From contig OZ245819.1 in the NCBI GenBank assembly GCA_965228485.1, positions 1,260,001-1,292,000 of the forward strand: a DNA stretch of 32,000 nucleotides. The letters are read 5' to 3'. Under the pieces are notes generated by a model, which was not told the origin of the DNA, did not search any database, and saw only the letters and a list, made by a program, of their open reading frames with translations. The position numbers were made by a program, and so were the translations under genes. The DNA comes from Candidatus Saccharimonadota bacterium. Lineage in GTDB: Bacteria > Patescibacteriota > Gracilibacteria > UBA4473. Shown here piece after piece: positions 8,369 through 17,097 of the stretch. Numbering within the stretch: position 1 is the first letter of the stretch; each line of letters begins with the position of its first letter.

Positions 8369-9271
8369 ATGCTCAATACACTACCTACTTTGGATCAATA
8401 TCATTTAGATAATTACGACGACACAGAGGATGCTTTGGCTCGATTAAAAGCTTCTCCTTTGGTGGTAAAGATTAGTGGGAAAGTTGTTGGAGAGTCTGAA
8501 ATTTTAGACAATGTTTTGTCCCAATTGGTGTTTTTGGCCAGAAATGGAGTTCAGTCGGTATTAATTCATGGGGCTGGTCCACAACTGAGTAGTCGGTTAG
8601 GTGAAAAAATTTTAGATAGTAGGGGTGAGCGAGTGACTCCACCGAATAAGATCATTGATGTTCGTGGAGTGGCCGCGACTATAACCTTGGAAATTTTGAA
8701 ACGTCTTGCAGCTATGAATCAGACAGAAAAACTTCTTGAGGCGGCTTCTACGATTGGACCTTTAGGATTTAGAGGAAAGATTAGAGATAAAGATGCCAAT
8801 GTGAGCGGTGATATATTAAATATTGATGATTATGTGACTGATAAACTCACTAGCCTGGCTCAAAGAGATGATGTTTTTCGTCGGTTGTTGGTTATGGGGC
8901 ATGTAGGGCAAGAGGACGGAGCCCTTACTAATATCAATGCTGATAATGTGGCGGGGAAGATGGCGACAGAAATAGGCGCTGCAAAATTATTGATTCTAGG
9001 ATCTAGTAATGGAATTTTGGATCCAAATGGAGATACTGTAGGAGAAGTGACTCCTGATGGAGTTGAAGCTCTTATTGATTCAGGAGTGATTACTGAAGGG
9101 ATGATTCCAAAGGCGCGTATGGCTGAAGAAGTGGCCAAAAATGGAACTTCAGTTCATATCATGCCACAGTCTAAAGACTATGGAGATTTAATTTTAAGAG
9201 AGCTACTCAATAAAGCAGGATGTCCGAAACGATCAACTCTTCTAACTCATTTTGAGTCAACATCTTTGTAG
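8369..9271 (+). CDS. Amino-acid kinase family protein, acetylglutamate kinase (ArgB)-like
   Basis: 'VVKISGKVV' nucleotide-binding N-terminus. 'VLIHGAGPQLSSRL...GERVTPP' resembles the NAGK block HGGGPQI...G.RVT. 300 aa. Confidence 0.65.
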   Translation: MLNTLPTLDQYHLDNYDDTEDALARLKASPLVVKISGKVVGESEILDNVLSQLVFLARNGVQSVLIHGAGPQLSSRLGEKILDSRGERVTPPNKIIDVRGVAATITLEILKRLAAMNQTEKLLEAASTIGPLGFRGKIRDKDANVSGDILNIDDYVTDKLTSLAQRDDVFRRLLVMGHVGQEDGALTNINADNVAGKMATEIGAAKLLILGSSNGILDPNGDTVGEVTPDGVEALIDSGVITEGMIPKARMAEEVAKNGTSVHIMPQSKDYGDLILRELLNKAGCPKRSTLLTHFESTSL

Positions 9272-9304
9272 ATAACTACAGTGTATATTTTATGAGCGGA
9301 AGTC

Positions 9305-9973
9305 TTATTTGCCTCGTTTTTGTTGTCCAATATATCCACAAACAGCTGCGACTAGTAACATTGTGGCCCCTACGCCCTCATAAACTGGACGGTTTAGCTC
9401 TAGCTCTCCGAGTTGTAAGAGGTTAGCAACGAGTTCTTCTCCAATCAGTTCAACGCCGGCTATATTCTGAAGCCCTGCTTTTGCTTTCCCCCAGTTATTG
9501 GCTCGATCACTTGATTTTTTAGTATTATCAACTTCACAGCTTTCTGGGTCATAGATAGCTCGGGCTGCTTCGGAGAATTGTTCTCCAATAGAGCCTCGTT
9601 TTAGTGTAGACCTGACGTCAATTCCTAGGTTTGCAAGATAGCTAATGGCTACGTAGGGATTTAGCGTCTGGGCTAATACATACATCGCGGTAATATAGGT
9701 TCGAACTTTATCAAGCAAAGGGTCTAGACGTGCTCCCTCTTTGGTTCTTAAGTGGTCTGGGTAGCTTCGAGCCACTTGACCATCAATTACATCACTGGCG
9801 CTTCCTATAACCTTTCCTACAACAGGTCCGACACCATAAGTGTCGGCTACGGTTTCGGCTACGAAGCTTCCAGCTTCAAGAGCCGCTCCATAGAATCCAA
9901 TTCTGTTGGGATGTAATTCTTTCCTCAGGTAAGAGGGTGGGGCGGTTTCAATGGTTGCTTGTTTGATTCCCAT
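9305..9973 (-). CDS. CDP-alcohol phosphatidyltransferase-family protein (atypical)
   Basis: 'DVIDGQVARSYPDHLRTKEGARLDPLLDK' fits D-x2-D-G-x2-A-R...G-x3-D-x3-D. The ORF track starts at TTG 10009. ATG 9973 (MGIKQ...) is more likely. Confidence 0.55.
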   Translation of the reverse strand: MGIKQATIETAPPSYLRKELHPNRIGFYGAALEAGSFVAETVADTYGVGPVVGKVIGSASDVIDGQVARSYPDHLRTKEGARLDPLLDKVRTYITAMYVLAQTLNPYVAISYLANLGIDVRSTLKRGSIGEQFSEAARAIYDPESCEVDNTKKSSDRANNWGKAKAGLQNIAGVELIGEELVANLLQLGELELNRPVYEGVGATMLLVAAVCGYIGQQKRGK

Positions 9974-10070
9974 CGTGTGTATTTCTAGTTTTATTTTTAT
10001 AAATTTCAATTAAAATTTGCAAAAAAGTTTAAATATAATAATTTACAACTTGAATTAACCCACAATTACC

Positions 10071-11789
10071 ATGGATTTGGCAACTCTTGACGCACATTTT
10101 CCTGCTGGAAAGGCTATCCCAGGTTTTGAATTTAGAAGTACTCGTGATCCCGAAAAAACCGCGGATGCTTGGGAAGCTCTAGTCGCAGGACAGGCTCCTG
10201 ATGGAGGTTTATATGTTCCAGATGTGGAAGATATGAAGCCTTTTGACGATTCTTTTTTCCAGCCATCAGGAGAAGGTGAGAAACCTTCGATTTATGATCT
10301 TTCTATGTCTCAAATGTCGGCTTTATTGCTTCGTCAGTTTATTCCTTCTGAAGGAGAAAATGGCCTTTCAAATCAAGAGCTACAAGAAATGATGGATATT
10401 GCTCATAATTTTGACCTGCCTTTAGAGCTCTTGGATGAGCGGACAAGTGTGGCGTGGCTGAGTGAATCAGAAACAGCTAGTTTTAAAGATTTTGCCGCTC
10501 GAGCCATTGCTCAACTTTTAGAAAAAAATTGTGAGAGAACTCAGACTCCAAAAAATATTGTAGTGGCAACATCTGGGGATACTGGAGTGGCTATTGCTGA
10601 TGCTTTTGGAGGTTCTAAGTGGGTGACGGTTACGGTGCTTTATCCAGCAGGCAAAGTAAGTCCTGTACAGGAAGCTCAGATGATCGATGCGGCTGAAAAA
10701 TATCCAAATGTTCAGTGTCTTCCCGTTGATGGGGATTTTGATAAAGCTCAGGCATTTTCTAAGTCTATGCAGTTTATGCGTGATTTAGATCCTGCAGAAG
10801 AAGGTGGAGTTGAAGCTTTATCAACTAAGATGAAAGAGCAGTTAAATATTTCTTTAGCGGATGAAACGATTACCGATTTAGCAGAAGAACTTCAAAAACT
10901 AGAGCTTGCGAGTGCGAATTCCATTAATATTTGGAGATTACTGCCTCAGATGACACAGTATTTTGTGAGTTATGCTGAAGCGGTTAAAGAGGGAAGAATT
11001 GAGGCTGATCAAGACATAGTATTTGCCGTGCCAACCGGTAATGTTGGGCACTTAATGGCAGGGCTTTATGCGAAACAATTAGGGCTTCCAGTGAAAAAAT
11101 TTGTCGTTGGAACGAATGATAATGATATTGTCGCGTGTGCGATTCGTGACTTTGAACTAAATCATCATAATCTCACCCGAAATGCTAAGGATGAAAACGA
11201 AGCTCATGTGACAGATTCTCCATCCATGGATATCGCTGATCCGAGTAATCTAGAACGACTACTTACGATTGTTCGGGATTTATATGATCCAGAAGCTAAA
11301 ATTGATCTTGAGCAGTTGAAAAAAGACACCAAAGCTTTTTTTCCAGGTCAAGAAGGTATTCCACTGTCTAAGTATGGGGTGACGAAAAAAATGAAAGTAG
11401 GAATGGGTGAATTATTTTATGCGGATAATACTTCTAATGAAGAAGCGCTTAATCGTATTGAGGCTGTGTCTAGACATTCTGAAAACTCGACACTACTGGA
11501 ACCTCATGGAGCTTGTGCCTTTGATGCGTTGGAAAATGCACGAGGAAAAGGGGCTGTTGAAGCTCATGACTATGCAATTGTACTTGAAACCGCCGATAAA
11601 GATAAATTCCCAGATGCTTACCGAAAAATTGGAATGGATGTTCCAGAAAAAACACACCATAGACTTAAAGCCCTTGATACAGAGAATCCTCAGAATCCTG
11701 AAGATGTGGTGGCTCAGGTGGCAGATGTAGTTGCAAAAGTTAAAGCGATTGCTGAAAAATCTAAAGCCAATCGAGGGGTGTTTAAATAG
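10071..11789 (+). CDS. thrC: Threonine synthase (long form, PLP-dependent)
   Basis: PLP-lysine block 'ETASFKDFAARA', 'VVATSGDTGVAIADAF', and 'ANSINIWRLLPQMTQYF' typical of E. coli/yeast-type ThrC. At 572 aa it carries extra insertions. Confidence 0.8.
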   Translation: MDLATLDAHFPAGKAIPGFEFRSTRDPEKTADAWEALVAGQAPDGGLYVPDVEDMKPFDDSFFQPSGEGEKPSIYDLSMSQMSALLLRQFIPSEGENGLSNQELQEMMDIAHNFDLPLELLDERTSVAWLSESETASFKDFAARAIAQLLEKNCERTQTPKNIVVATSGDTGVAIADAFGGSKWVTVTVLYPAGKVSPVQEAQMIDAAEKYPNVQCLPVDGDFDKAQAFSKSMQFMRDLDPAEEGGVEALSTKMKEQLNISLADETITDLAEELQKLELASANSINIWRLLPQMTQYFVSYAEAVKEGRIEADQDIVFAVPTGNVGHLMAGLYAKQLGLPVKKFVVGTNDNDIVACAIRDFELNHHNLTRNAKDENEAHVTDSPSMDIADPSNLERLLTIVRDLYDPEAKIDLEQLKKDTKAFFPGQEGIPLSKYGVTKKMKVGMGELFYADNTSNEEALNRIEAVSRHSENSTLLEPHGACAFDALENARGKGAVEAHDYAIVLETADKDKFPDAYRKIGMDVPEKTHHRLKALDTENPQNPEDVVAQVADVVAKVKAIAEKSKANRGVFK

Positions 11790-11790
11790 G

Positions 11791-12924
11791 ATGTCTTTGG
11801 ATGTAGATAAATTTTATGACAGAGCTTCTCAGCTTAGTATGGCTGAGGAGATGCAGGGCGAGCTGGCGGAAATAAGTTGTTCTAATGCTTATGTGTCTCG
11901 GTTTGAGCATCCGGAAAAGGGTATATATTTTTTTGAAAGCAAGGCTCCCGTTGATGCGAAAGTAATGATTCTTAGTAGTGGATTGCATGGTGATGAGTTA
12001 GCAGGAATTGAAATAATGGATGTCCTGAGGGCAGAAATTTTTTCGGGGAAATTAGAATTAAGAAAACATGTTTTATTTATTGATGGGAATTTAAAGGCTA
12101 TGCAACAGGCTCTCACCAAGAAGCAGCAAGGGATGGTAATGAATTCTCGTTATTTTGATGGAGATGCGTCTTATGGTGGTTTAGTGGCGAATGCAAATAG
12201 ACAATGGGTAGTGGAATTATTGGAAAAGCTATCAACCAATGGTAGCTATGCTTCTCGCCGACAGTGGGAAATCTGGAAAGCATTGAATGAAATACTGAAA
12301 GGTGGGACTGATACTCAGGATATTCAGGGGGCTCCTGAACATTTGGATCTTCATCAAAGTTTTAAAGTTCCTAAAGTAAGCGAAGTTCGAGGGGAATATC
12401 AAGATGAAAGTGAATACACTTATGCGATGGTCTACGCTAGTCTGAAAAGGTTTAGACAAAAATATGGTGATGTGTTTGCGGGAGCGGTTATTTCTGAATC
12501 TGGAAAGGCCGAAACTTTTGCGGGGATAACAGCTCGAGAGTTTAGGGCACAATCTATTACGGCGGAATTGGGGACTATTGGTAATCCTAATGATGTCACC
12601 TTTGCCGATAAGATGTTGGCATCTTTGTGGTTTCAGCTTCAAGGAGGTAAAAAAGAAGTAGCTAATATTCCGATGGATGTTTGGCAACAGGTTGAGACAA
12701 TACTTCGCGAAGAAGGAGTTCAAGATTTTGGTTTTTATGAAACGCTAGAAGAAGGTAAGGTCCCGCCTCCTCAAGATTTTGTGCCTTTAGAACATGAATT
12801 ATTAGTGCCGAAATCAAATGGGGGATATTATAAAATTAATTCTGGTCAGTCATTACTTTTTGCCAAAGATGATGTTGGAGAAGGAGATAGGGCTGGCGTT
12901 GTGATAGAAAGATTTACTGCATAA
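11791..12924 (+). CDS. Succinylglutamate desuccinylase/aspartoacylase (AstE/AspA, M14-like) family protein
   Basis: 'VMILSSGLHGDELAGIEIM', 'ANANRQW' and 'EHLDLHQSF' correspond to the family's metal-binding blocks (GxHGxE, DxNR, DLH). ATG 11791 lies 2 nt after the thrC stop. The ORF-track start 11731 overlaps thrC. Confidence 0.6.
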   Translation: MSLDVDKFYDRASQLSMAEEMQGELAEISCSNAYVSRFEHPEKGIYFFESKAPVDAKVMILSSGLHGDELAGIEIMDVLRAEIFSGKLELRKHVLFIDGNLKAMQQALTKKQQGMVMNSRYFDGDASYGGLVANANRQWVVELLEKLSTNGSYASRRQWEIWKALNEILKGGTDTQDIQGAPEHLDLHQSFKVPKVSEVRGEYQDESEYTYAMVYASLKRFRQKYGDVFAGAVISESGKAETFAGITAREFRAQSITAELGTIGNPNDVTFADKMLASLWFQLQGGKKEVANIPMDVWQQVETILREEGVQDFGFYETLEEGKVPPPQDFVPLEHELLVPKSNGGYYKINSGQSLLFAKDDVGEGDRAGVVIERFTA

Positions 12925-12980
12925 ATTTGCATTGAACAACTTTTCTGTTTATAAAGGTGGTTGAATATAAAAATAAAAAA

Positions 12981-13961
12981 ATGAAACTAAAGTTTCTTTC
13001 GGCTCTCGTTCTGTCGATGCTTTGTGCACCGGCTGTTTTTGCAATTTCTAATGACTCTGATAGTGGAGAATCTGAATATCGGGTTCCTATTTATGAAGGA
13101 GTGGAATTTGAAGCGGAACTCAATGATGATGGGAGTGTTTCTATGAAGTGGTCTCCGTTTAAAGAACGAGATAACGATAAGTTTAAGTACTATAAAGTGA
13201 TGAAATCACTTTCAAACTCTAATCCTGTTTACCCAGAAGATGACGCTACAGCGGTTAAACTTGGAATTGGGGATACGAGACATACCGATAAGTGGGCTCA
13301 CAAAAGTGCTTACTATCGAGTATGTGTTATTACTGAACAAAAAGGACGTTACTGCAGTAATGTTGTTTGGATTGAGCAAGGAGAAGATAATCGTCAGAAG
13401 TTACACGATGATTTAAGAGCGGAAAATAAAGAAAGAGAAGAAAGACACAATGATGCTTGGGAACACAAAAAATGTGAGAATTTTGATGCTGCTGGAAATT
13501 GTGAAGAAGATTCAGGAGATAGAGATGAAGCTAAAAAACGAATGATGGAGAAAATGAAACATCAAAAAGAACTCATGCAAAAACGGATTAAAGAACAACG
13601 AGAAAGTATGCAGAAAAGAATGAAACCTCAAGAGCGTGATGAGGATTCTGATCGAGATCGAGATGAAAATATGGAAGAACGAATGGAAGCGGCTTTTGAA
13701 AAAGTTCAGCCAAAACTAGATAAATTTTTGGATCGTGTTGAGAATGTGTTGGTAAATTCAGAAAAATTATCTAGTGAACAAAAAATTAAGAAAATTAAAA
13801 CTCTTCAGGAAAGATTCTATAAATGGGAAAAGGGGAATAAATTCAAAATGGTGGTTGTAGACTATCTTGACGGATATTTTATGAGATGGATTGAAGAACT
13901 TGAAGATGATTTCAATGTTGATGAAATGGATAGTTTCTTAGATGATATTTTTCAAGAGTAA
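12981..13961 (+). CDS. Secreted protein with a beta-rich N-domain and a highly charged helical region
   Basis: Signal peptide MKLKFLSALVLSMLCAPAVFA. Possible Fn3-like block 'VSMKWSPF...KYYKVMKS...AYYRVCVI'. A long K/E/R/D/M-rich stretch follows. An alternative GTG start exists at 12957. Confidence 0.6.
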   Translation: MKLKFLSALVLSMLCAPAVFAISNDSDSGESEYRVPIYEGVEFEAELNDDGSVSMKWSPFKERDNDKFKYYKVMKSLSNSNPVYPEDDATAVKLGIGDTRHTDKWAHKSAYYRVCVITEQKGRYCSNVVWIEQGEDNRQKLHDDLRAENKEREERHNDAWEHKKCENFDAAGNCEEDSGDRDEAKKRMMEKMKHQKELMQKRIKEQRESMQKRMKPQERDEDSDRDRDENMEERMEAAFEKVQPKLDKFLDRVENVLVNSEKLSSEQKIKKIKTLQERFYKWEKGNKFKMVVVDYLDGYFMRWIEELEDDFNVDEMDSFLDDIFQE

Positions 13962-14509
13962 TGAATCGTTGTGCGTGGGTAACTAATGATCCTTTGTACA
14001 TCGAATACCATGATAAAGAGTGGGGGAAGCCGGTCTATGATGACCGGCTTCTTTTTGAAATGCTTTGCCTAGAAGGTGCACAGGCAGGGTTGAGTTGGAT
14101 TACGGTTTTGAAAAAACGAGCCCATTACAAAGCAGTGTTTTATGAATTTGATATCACAAAAGTAGCTTCTCTTTCTGATGATTATTTAGAGAATCTCTTA
14201 TTAGATTCTGGGATTATCCGAAACCGTTTAAAGGTCTGGGGTTTTAGGACTAATGCGAAGTGTTTTTTAGAGGTACAAAAAGAGTTTGGTAGTTTTAATG
14301 AATATCTTTGGAATTTTGTTGGTAAGACTCCGGTAATTAATAAATGGACTTCTCTTGCGGAAGTTCCAGCTTCAACAGAATTATCTGATAAAATTTCTAA
14401 AGATCTTAAGGCTCGAGGTTTCAAATTTGTTGGGACAACCATTATTTATGCTTATTTACAAGCGGTAGGAGTCGTAAATGACCACACTGTAGATTGTTTT
14501 TGTCATTAG
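13961..14509 (+). CDS. tag: DNA-3-methyladenine glycosylase I
   Basis: 'YHDKEWGKPVYDDRLLFEMLCLEGAQAGLSWITVLKKR' is the Tag signature. Zn-ligand-like C4/H17 and a C-terminal 'HTVDCFCH' are present. The ATG overlaps the upstream TAA (TAATG). Confidence 0.85.
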   Translation: MNRCAWVTNDPLYIEYHDKEWGKPVYDDRLLFEMLCLEGAQAGLSWITVLKKRAHYKAVFYEFDITKVASLSDDYLENLLLDSGIIRNRLKVWGFRTNAKCFLEVQKEFGSFNEYLWNFVGKTPVINKWTSLAEVPASTELSDKISKDLKARGFKFVGTTIIYAYLQAVGVVNDHTVDCFCH

Positions 14510-14550
14510 GCCTGATTGCTTTCGGTGTTTGTATGAATACTATGTGATTG

Positions 14551-15576
14551 ATGTCAGAGCTTTTACATAAAAATTTTGATTTAGCACTCTACAATACCTT
14601 TGGGGTATCGGTGAAGGCTGATTATTTTGCTCCAATAGCTTCTTTAGAAGCCTTGGAAGAAGTTTTAGTTTGGTACAGAGAACAGAAGGATATGCCTTTA
14701 CTTATTTTGGGTGGAGGAAGTAATATTCTTTTTACCAAAGATTTTCCTGGGCTTGTTTTGCAGATGAAAACAACTGGAAAAAAGCAGGTTTATGAAGATG
14801 AGTCGACGGTTCATGTTGAGATTGCTGGTGGGGAAAATTGGCATGATTTTGTGATGTGGACGGTGGAAAATCAATTGTATGGACTTGAGAATTTAGCCTT
14901 AATTCCTGGGAACGTTGGAGCTTCTCCAATCCAAAATATTGGAGCTTATGGTGTGGAGATTAAAGATTATTTTGTGAGTCTGGAAGCTCTGAATATTGAG
15001 ACAGGGGAGAGAGAAATATTTAGTCACCAAGAATGTCAGTTTGGTTATAGAAATTCTGTTTTTAAGGACAAAGAAAAAAGTAAATGGATTATTTTATCAG
15101 TAACCTTTGCTCTTCACAGAAAATTGAAACTTAATCTGGAATATGGAGCGCTTAAACGCGCGTTAGAAGCAAAGGGTATTTTTTCACCCACTCAGGCACA
15201 GGTAGCCGAGACCGTGATTGAAGTTCGACAATCAAAATTACCAGATACTAAGATTCTTGGGAGTGGGGGAAGTTTTTTCAAAAACCCTATTGTGTCTAGA
15301 GCCGATTTAGAAGCGCTTGAAGACAAGCATGAAGCGGTTCCATTTTTTGAAATTAGTAGTTCAGAGGTTAAGATTCCAGCAGCTTGGTTAATAGATCAGT
15401 GTGAATGGAAGGGGAAGCGGTTTGGACAATTTGGTGTTCATGAACATCAGCCTTTGGTTTTAGTAAATTATGGAGGTGCTAATGGTAAAGATATTGCGAA
15501 TCTGTCTCGTGAAATTCAAGAATCGGTTGAGCAAAAGTTTGGGGTTCGATTGGAAGCGGAAGTAAACATCCTCTAA
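14551..15576 (+). CDS. murB: UDP-N-acetylenolpyruvoylglucosamine reductase
   Basis: FAD-binding N-domain 'LLILGGGSNILF', 'IPGNVGASPIQNIGAYG', and C-terminal 'KIPAAWLIDQCEWKG'. ATG 14551 follows the ORF-track TTG at 14548. Confidence 0.85.
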   Translation: MSELLHKNFDLALYNTFGVSVKADYFAPIASLEALEEVLVWYREQKDMPLLILGGGSNILFTKDFPGLVLQMKTTGKKQVYEDESTVHVEIAGGENWHDFVMWTVENQLYGLENLALIPGNVGASPIQNIGAYGVEIKDYFVSLEALNIETGEREIFSHQECQFGYRNSVFKDKEKSKWIILSVTFALHRKLKLNLEYGALKRALEAKGIFSPTQAQVAETVIEVRQSKLPDTKILGSGGSFFKNPIVSRADLEALEDKHEAVPFFEISSSEVKIPAAWLIDQCEWKGKRFGQFGVHEHQPLVLVNYGGANGKDIANLSREIQESVEQKFGVRLEAEVNIL

Positions 15577-16413
15577 ATGAAAGTTAGTATAATTATTCCG
15601 AGCGTGGGGAGGTCAACACTTGGACTGGTGCTGGAGGCTTTATTTATGAATAAAAAATTTGATCAAATAAAACCTGAAATCATTGTTGTTTTTGATGGAC
15701 ATAATGAATCTATTAAGGACTTTAAATTGCGTTTTGGATCGGATGTTAAAATTTTAAACACGGCTAAGAAAGTTTATGCTGGTGGTGCTAGGAATTTGGG
15801 GATTGATAATGCTACAGGGGAGGTGATTGCTTTTCTGGGAGATGATACGATTCCAGAACAGGATTGGCTAGAAAGATTATTTGAATGGCATTTAGAGTTT
15901 TCAGATCAGAATAAAGCCTTGTTGGGGAGAGTGCTTTGGACTGAAGCATTACGTCAGGATCGTTTTCATCAATGGTTAGAATCTCATGCACAGTTTGATT
16001 ATCAGGCGCTAGAAACTGGTAAGTTACCAACTTGGCAACATTTCTACACTTCTAATATATCAGTGAAAAAATCTTTTTTGGGGAAGGAGCGATTTGATCC
16101 AGCATTTGAGGGCTGGGGATTTGAGGATGGAGAACTTGGTTATAGATTGATTCAGAAAGGAATGGATCTGCACTATAATTCGGACTTAATTGTAGAGCAT
16201 GACGATCGCCAAACTTTTGAAAAAATGTTACAGAGAACGGCTCGATCACGTCGAAACGCTCTAGTGTTTGAGCGATTGCATTCAGATATCAAAATTTTAC
16301 CAAGAGGTATTAAAAAAGTTCTACTCAAGCTTCTTATAGTACTCGTTACTCCTTTTGTATTTGTTCCAGAGATAAGATGGTGGAGGGCTTGGAAACAGGC
16401 CTGGATAGATTAA
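15577..16413 (+). CDS. Glycosyltransferase family 2
   Basis: 'VSIIIPSVGR' N-terminus and DxD-like 'FLGDDTIPEQDW'. The ATG directly follows the murB TAA. Confidence 0.7.
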   Translation: MKVSIIIPSVGRSTLGLVLEALFMNKKFDQIKPEIIVVFDGHNESIKDFKLRFGSDVKILNTAKKVYAGGARNLGIDNATGEVIAFLGDDTIPEQDWLERLFEWHLEFSDQNKALLGRVLWTEALRQDRFHQWLESHAQFDYQALETGKLPTWQHFYTSNISVKKSFLGKERFDPAFEGWGFEDGELGYRLIQKGMDLHYNSDLIVEHDDRQTFEKMLQRTARSRRNALVFERLHSDIKILPRGIKKVLLKLLIVLVTPFVFVPEIRWWRAWKQAWID

Positions 16414-17015
16414 AATTCTCTCCGATCTACAAGAGCTCGACTAAGGGTTCCGGCATCTACGTAATCGAGGTCTCCTCCAGTTGGTATCCCTCTGGCGAGT
16501 CGAGAAACTTTTCCATTGAAGCTTGTTTGCCGAATTTGTTCCGTAATATAAAAGGCTGTTGCATCACCTTCAACGTTTCCAGACATAGCGAGGATAATTT
16601 CTTCAACTTGAGTGTCGTCTGTTTGAATCCTGTGTATGAGTTGAGTGATTCTTAGGTCTTCAGGCCCGACTTTATTTAGAGGAGAAATAACTCCATGAAG
16701 CACATGGTATTGACCTCTAAATTCATTGGTTCGTTCTATGGCCATTAAGTCTAGTGGAGTTTCTACCACGCAAATGGTTGATTGAGATCTTCTGGTGTCG
16801 GTCACGATTGGACACAGTTCTCCATCACAATAATTACATGAGACGCGGCATTCATTGAGATTGAATTTTAAATTTGTTAACGATTGTGCAAGTTTTTGGT
16901 CTAAATCAGACTCGTTTCTTAAGAGTGCAAAAACAAGTCGTTCGGCACTTCGCTGACCGATTCCAGGAAGGTCAGAAAGAGCATCAATCGTGTCTTGTAT
17001 TGACTGAGGTAACAT
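16410..17015 (-). CDS. recR: Recombination protein RecR
   Basis: HhH 'LSDLPGIGQRSAERLVFALL', Cys-rich zinc finger 'CRVSCNYCDGELCPIV', and Toprim 'VVETPLDLMAIERT'. 201 aa. Confidence 0.9.
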   Translation of the reverse strand: MLPQSIQDTIDALSDLPGIGQRSAERLVFALLRNESDLDQKLAQSLTNLKFNLNECRVSCNYCDGELCPIVTDTRRSQSTICVVETPLDLMAIERTNEFRGQYHVLHGVISPLNKVGPEDLRITQLIHRIQTDDTQVEEIILAMSGNVEGDATAFYITEQIRQTSFNGKVSRLARGIPTGGDLDYVDAGTLSRALVDRREF

Positions 17016-17049
17016 CTTGGGAATTTTAATTTTTTTATTTTAAAAACAC

Positions 17050-17080
17050 AAAAAAAGCCATGGGAATTTGCATGGCTTTC
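17050..17080 (-). terminator. Rho-independent terminator after hisS
   Basis: Stem AGCCATG (17056-17062) / CATGGCT (17071-17077) with an 8-nt loop. On the minus strand it is followed by a U-run (plus-strand A-run 17050-17056). Confidence 0.6.
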
Positions 17081-17097
17081 TGAAAAATATTTCTTAA

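Noticed and set aside
12232-12723. 163-aa antisense ORF inside the AstE/AspA-like gene
   Set aside because: Its R/S/F/I-rich composition is typical of the antisense frame of an AT-rich gene. It lies entirely within a sense ORF that has clear family motifs.
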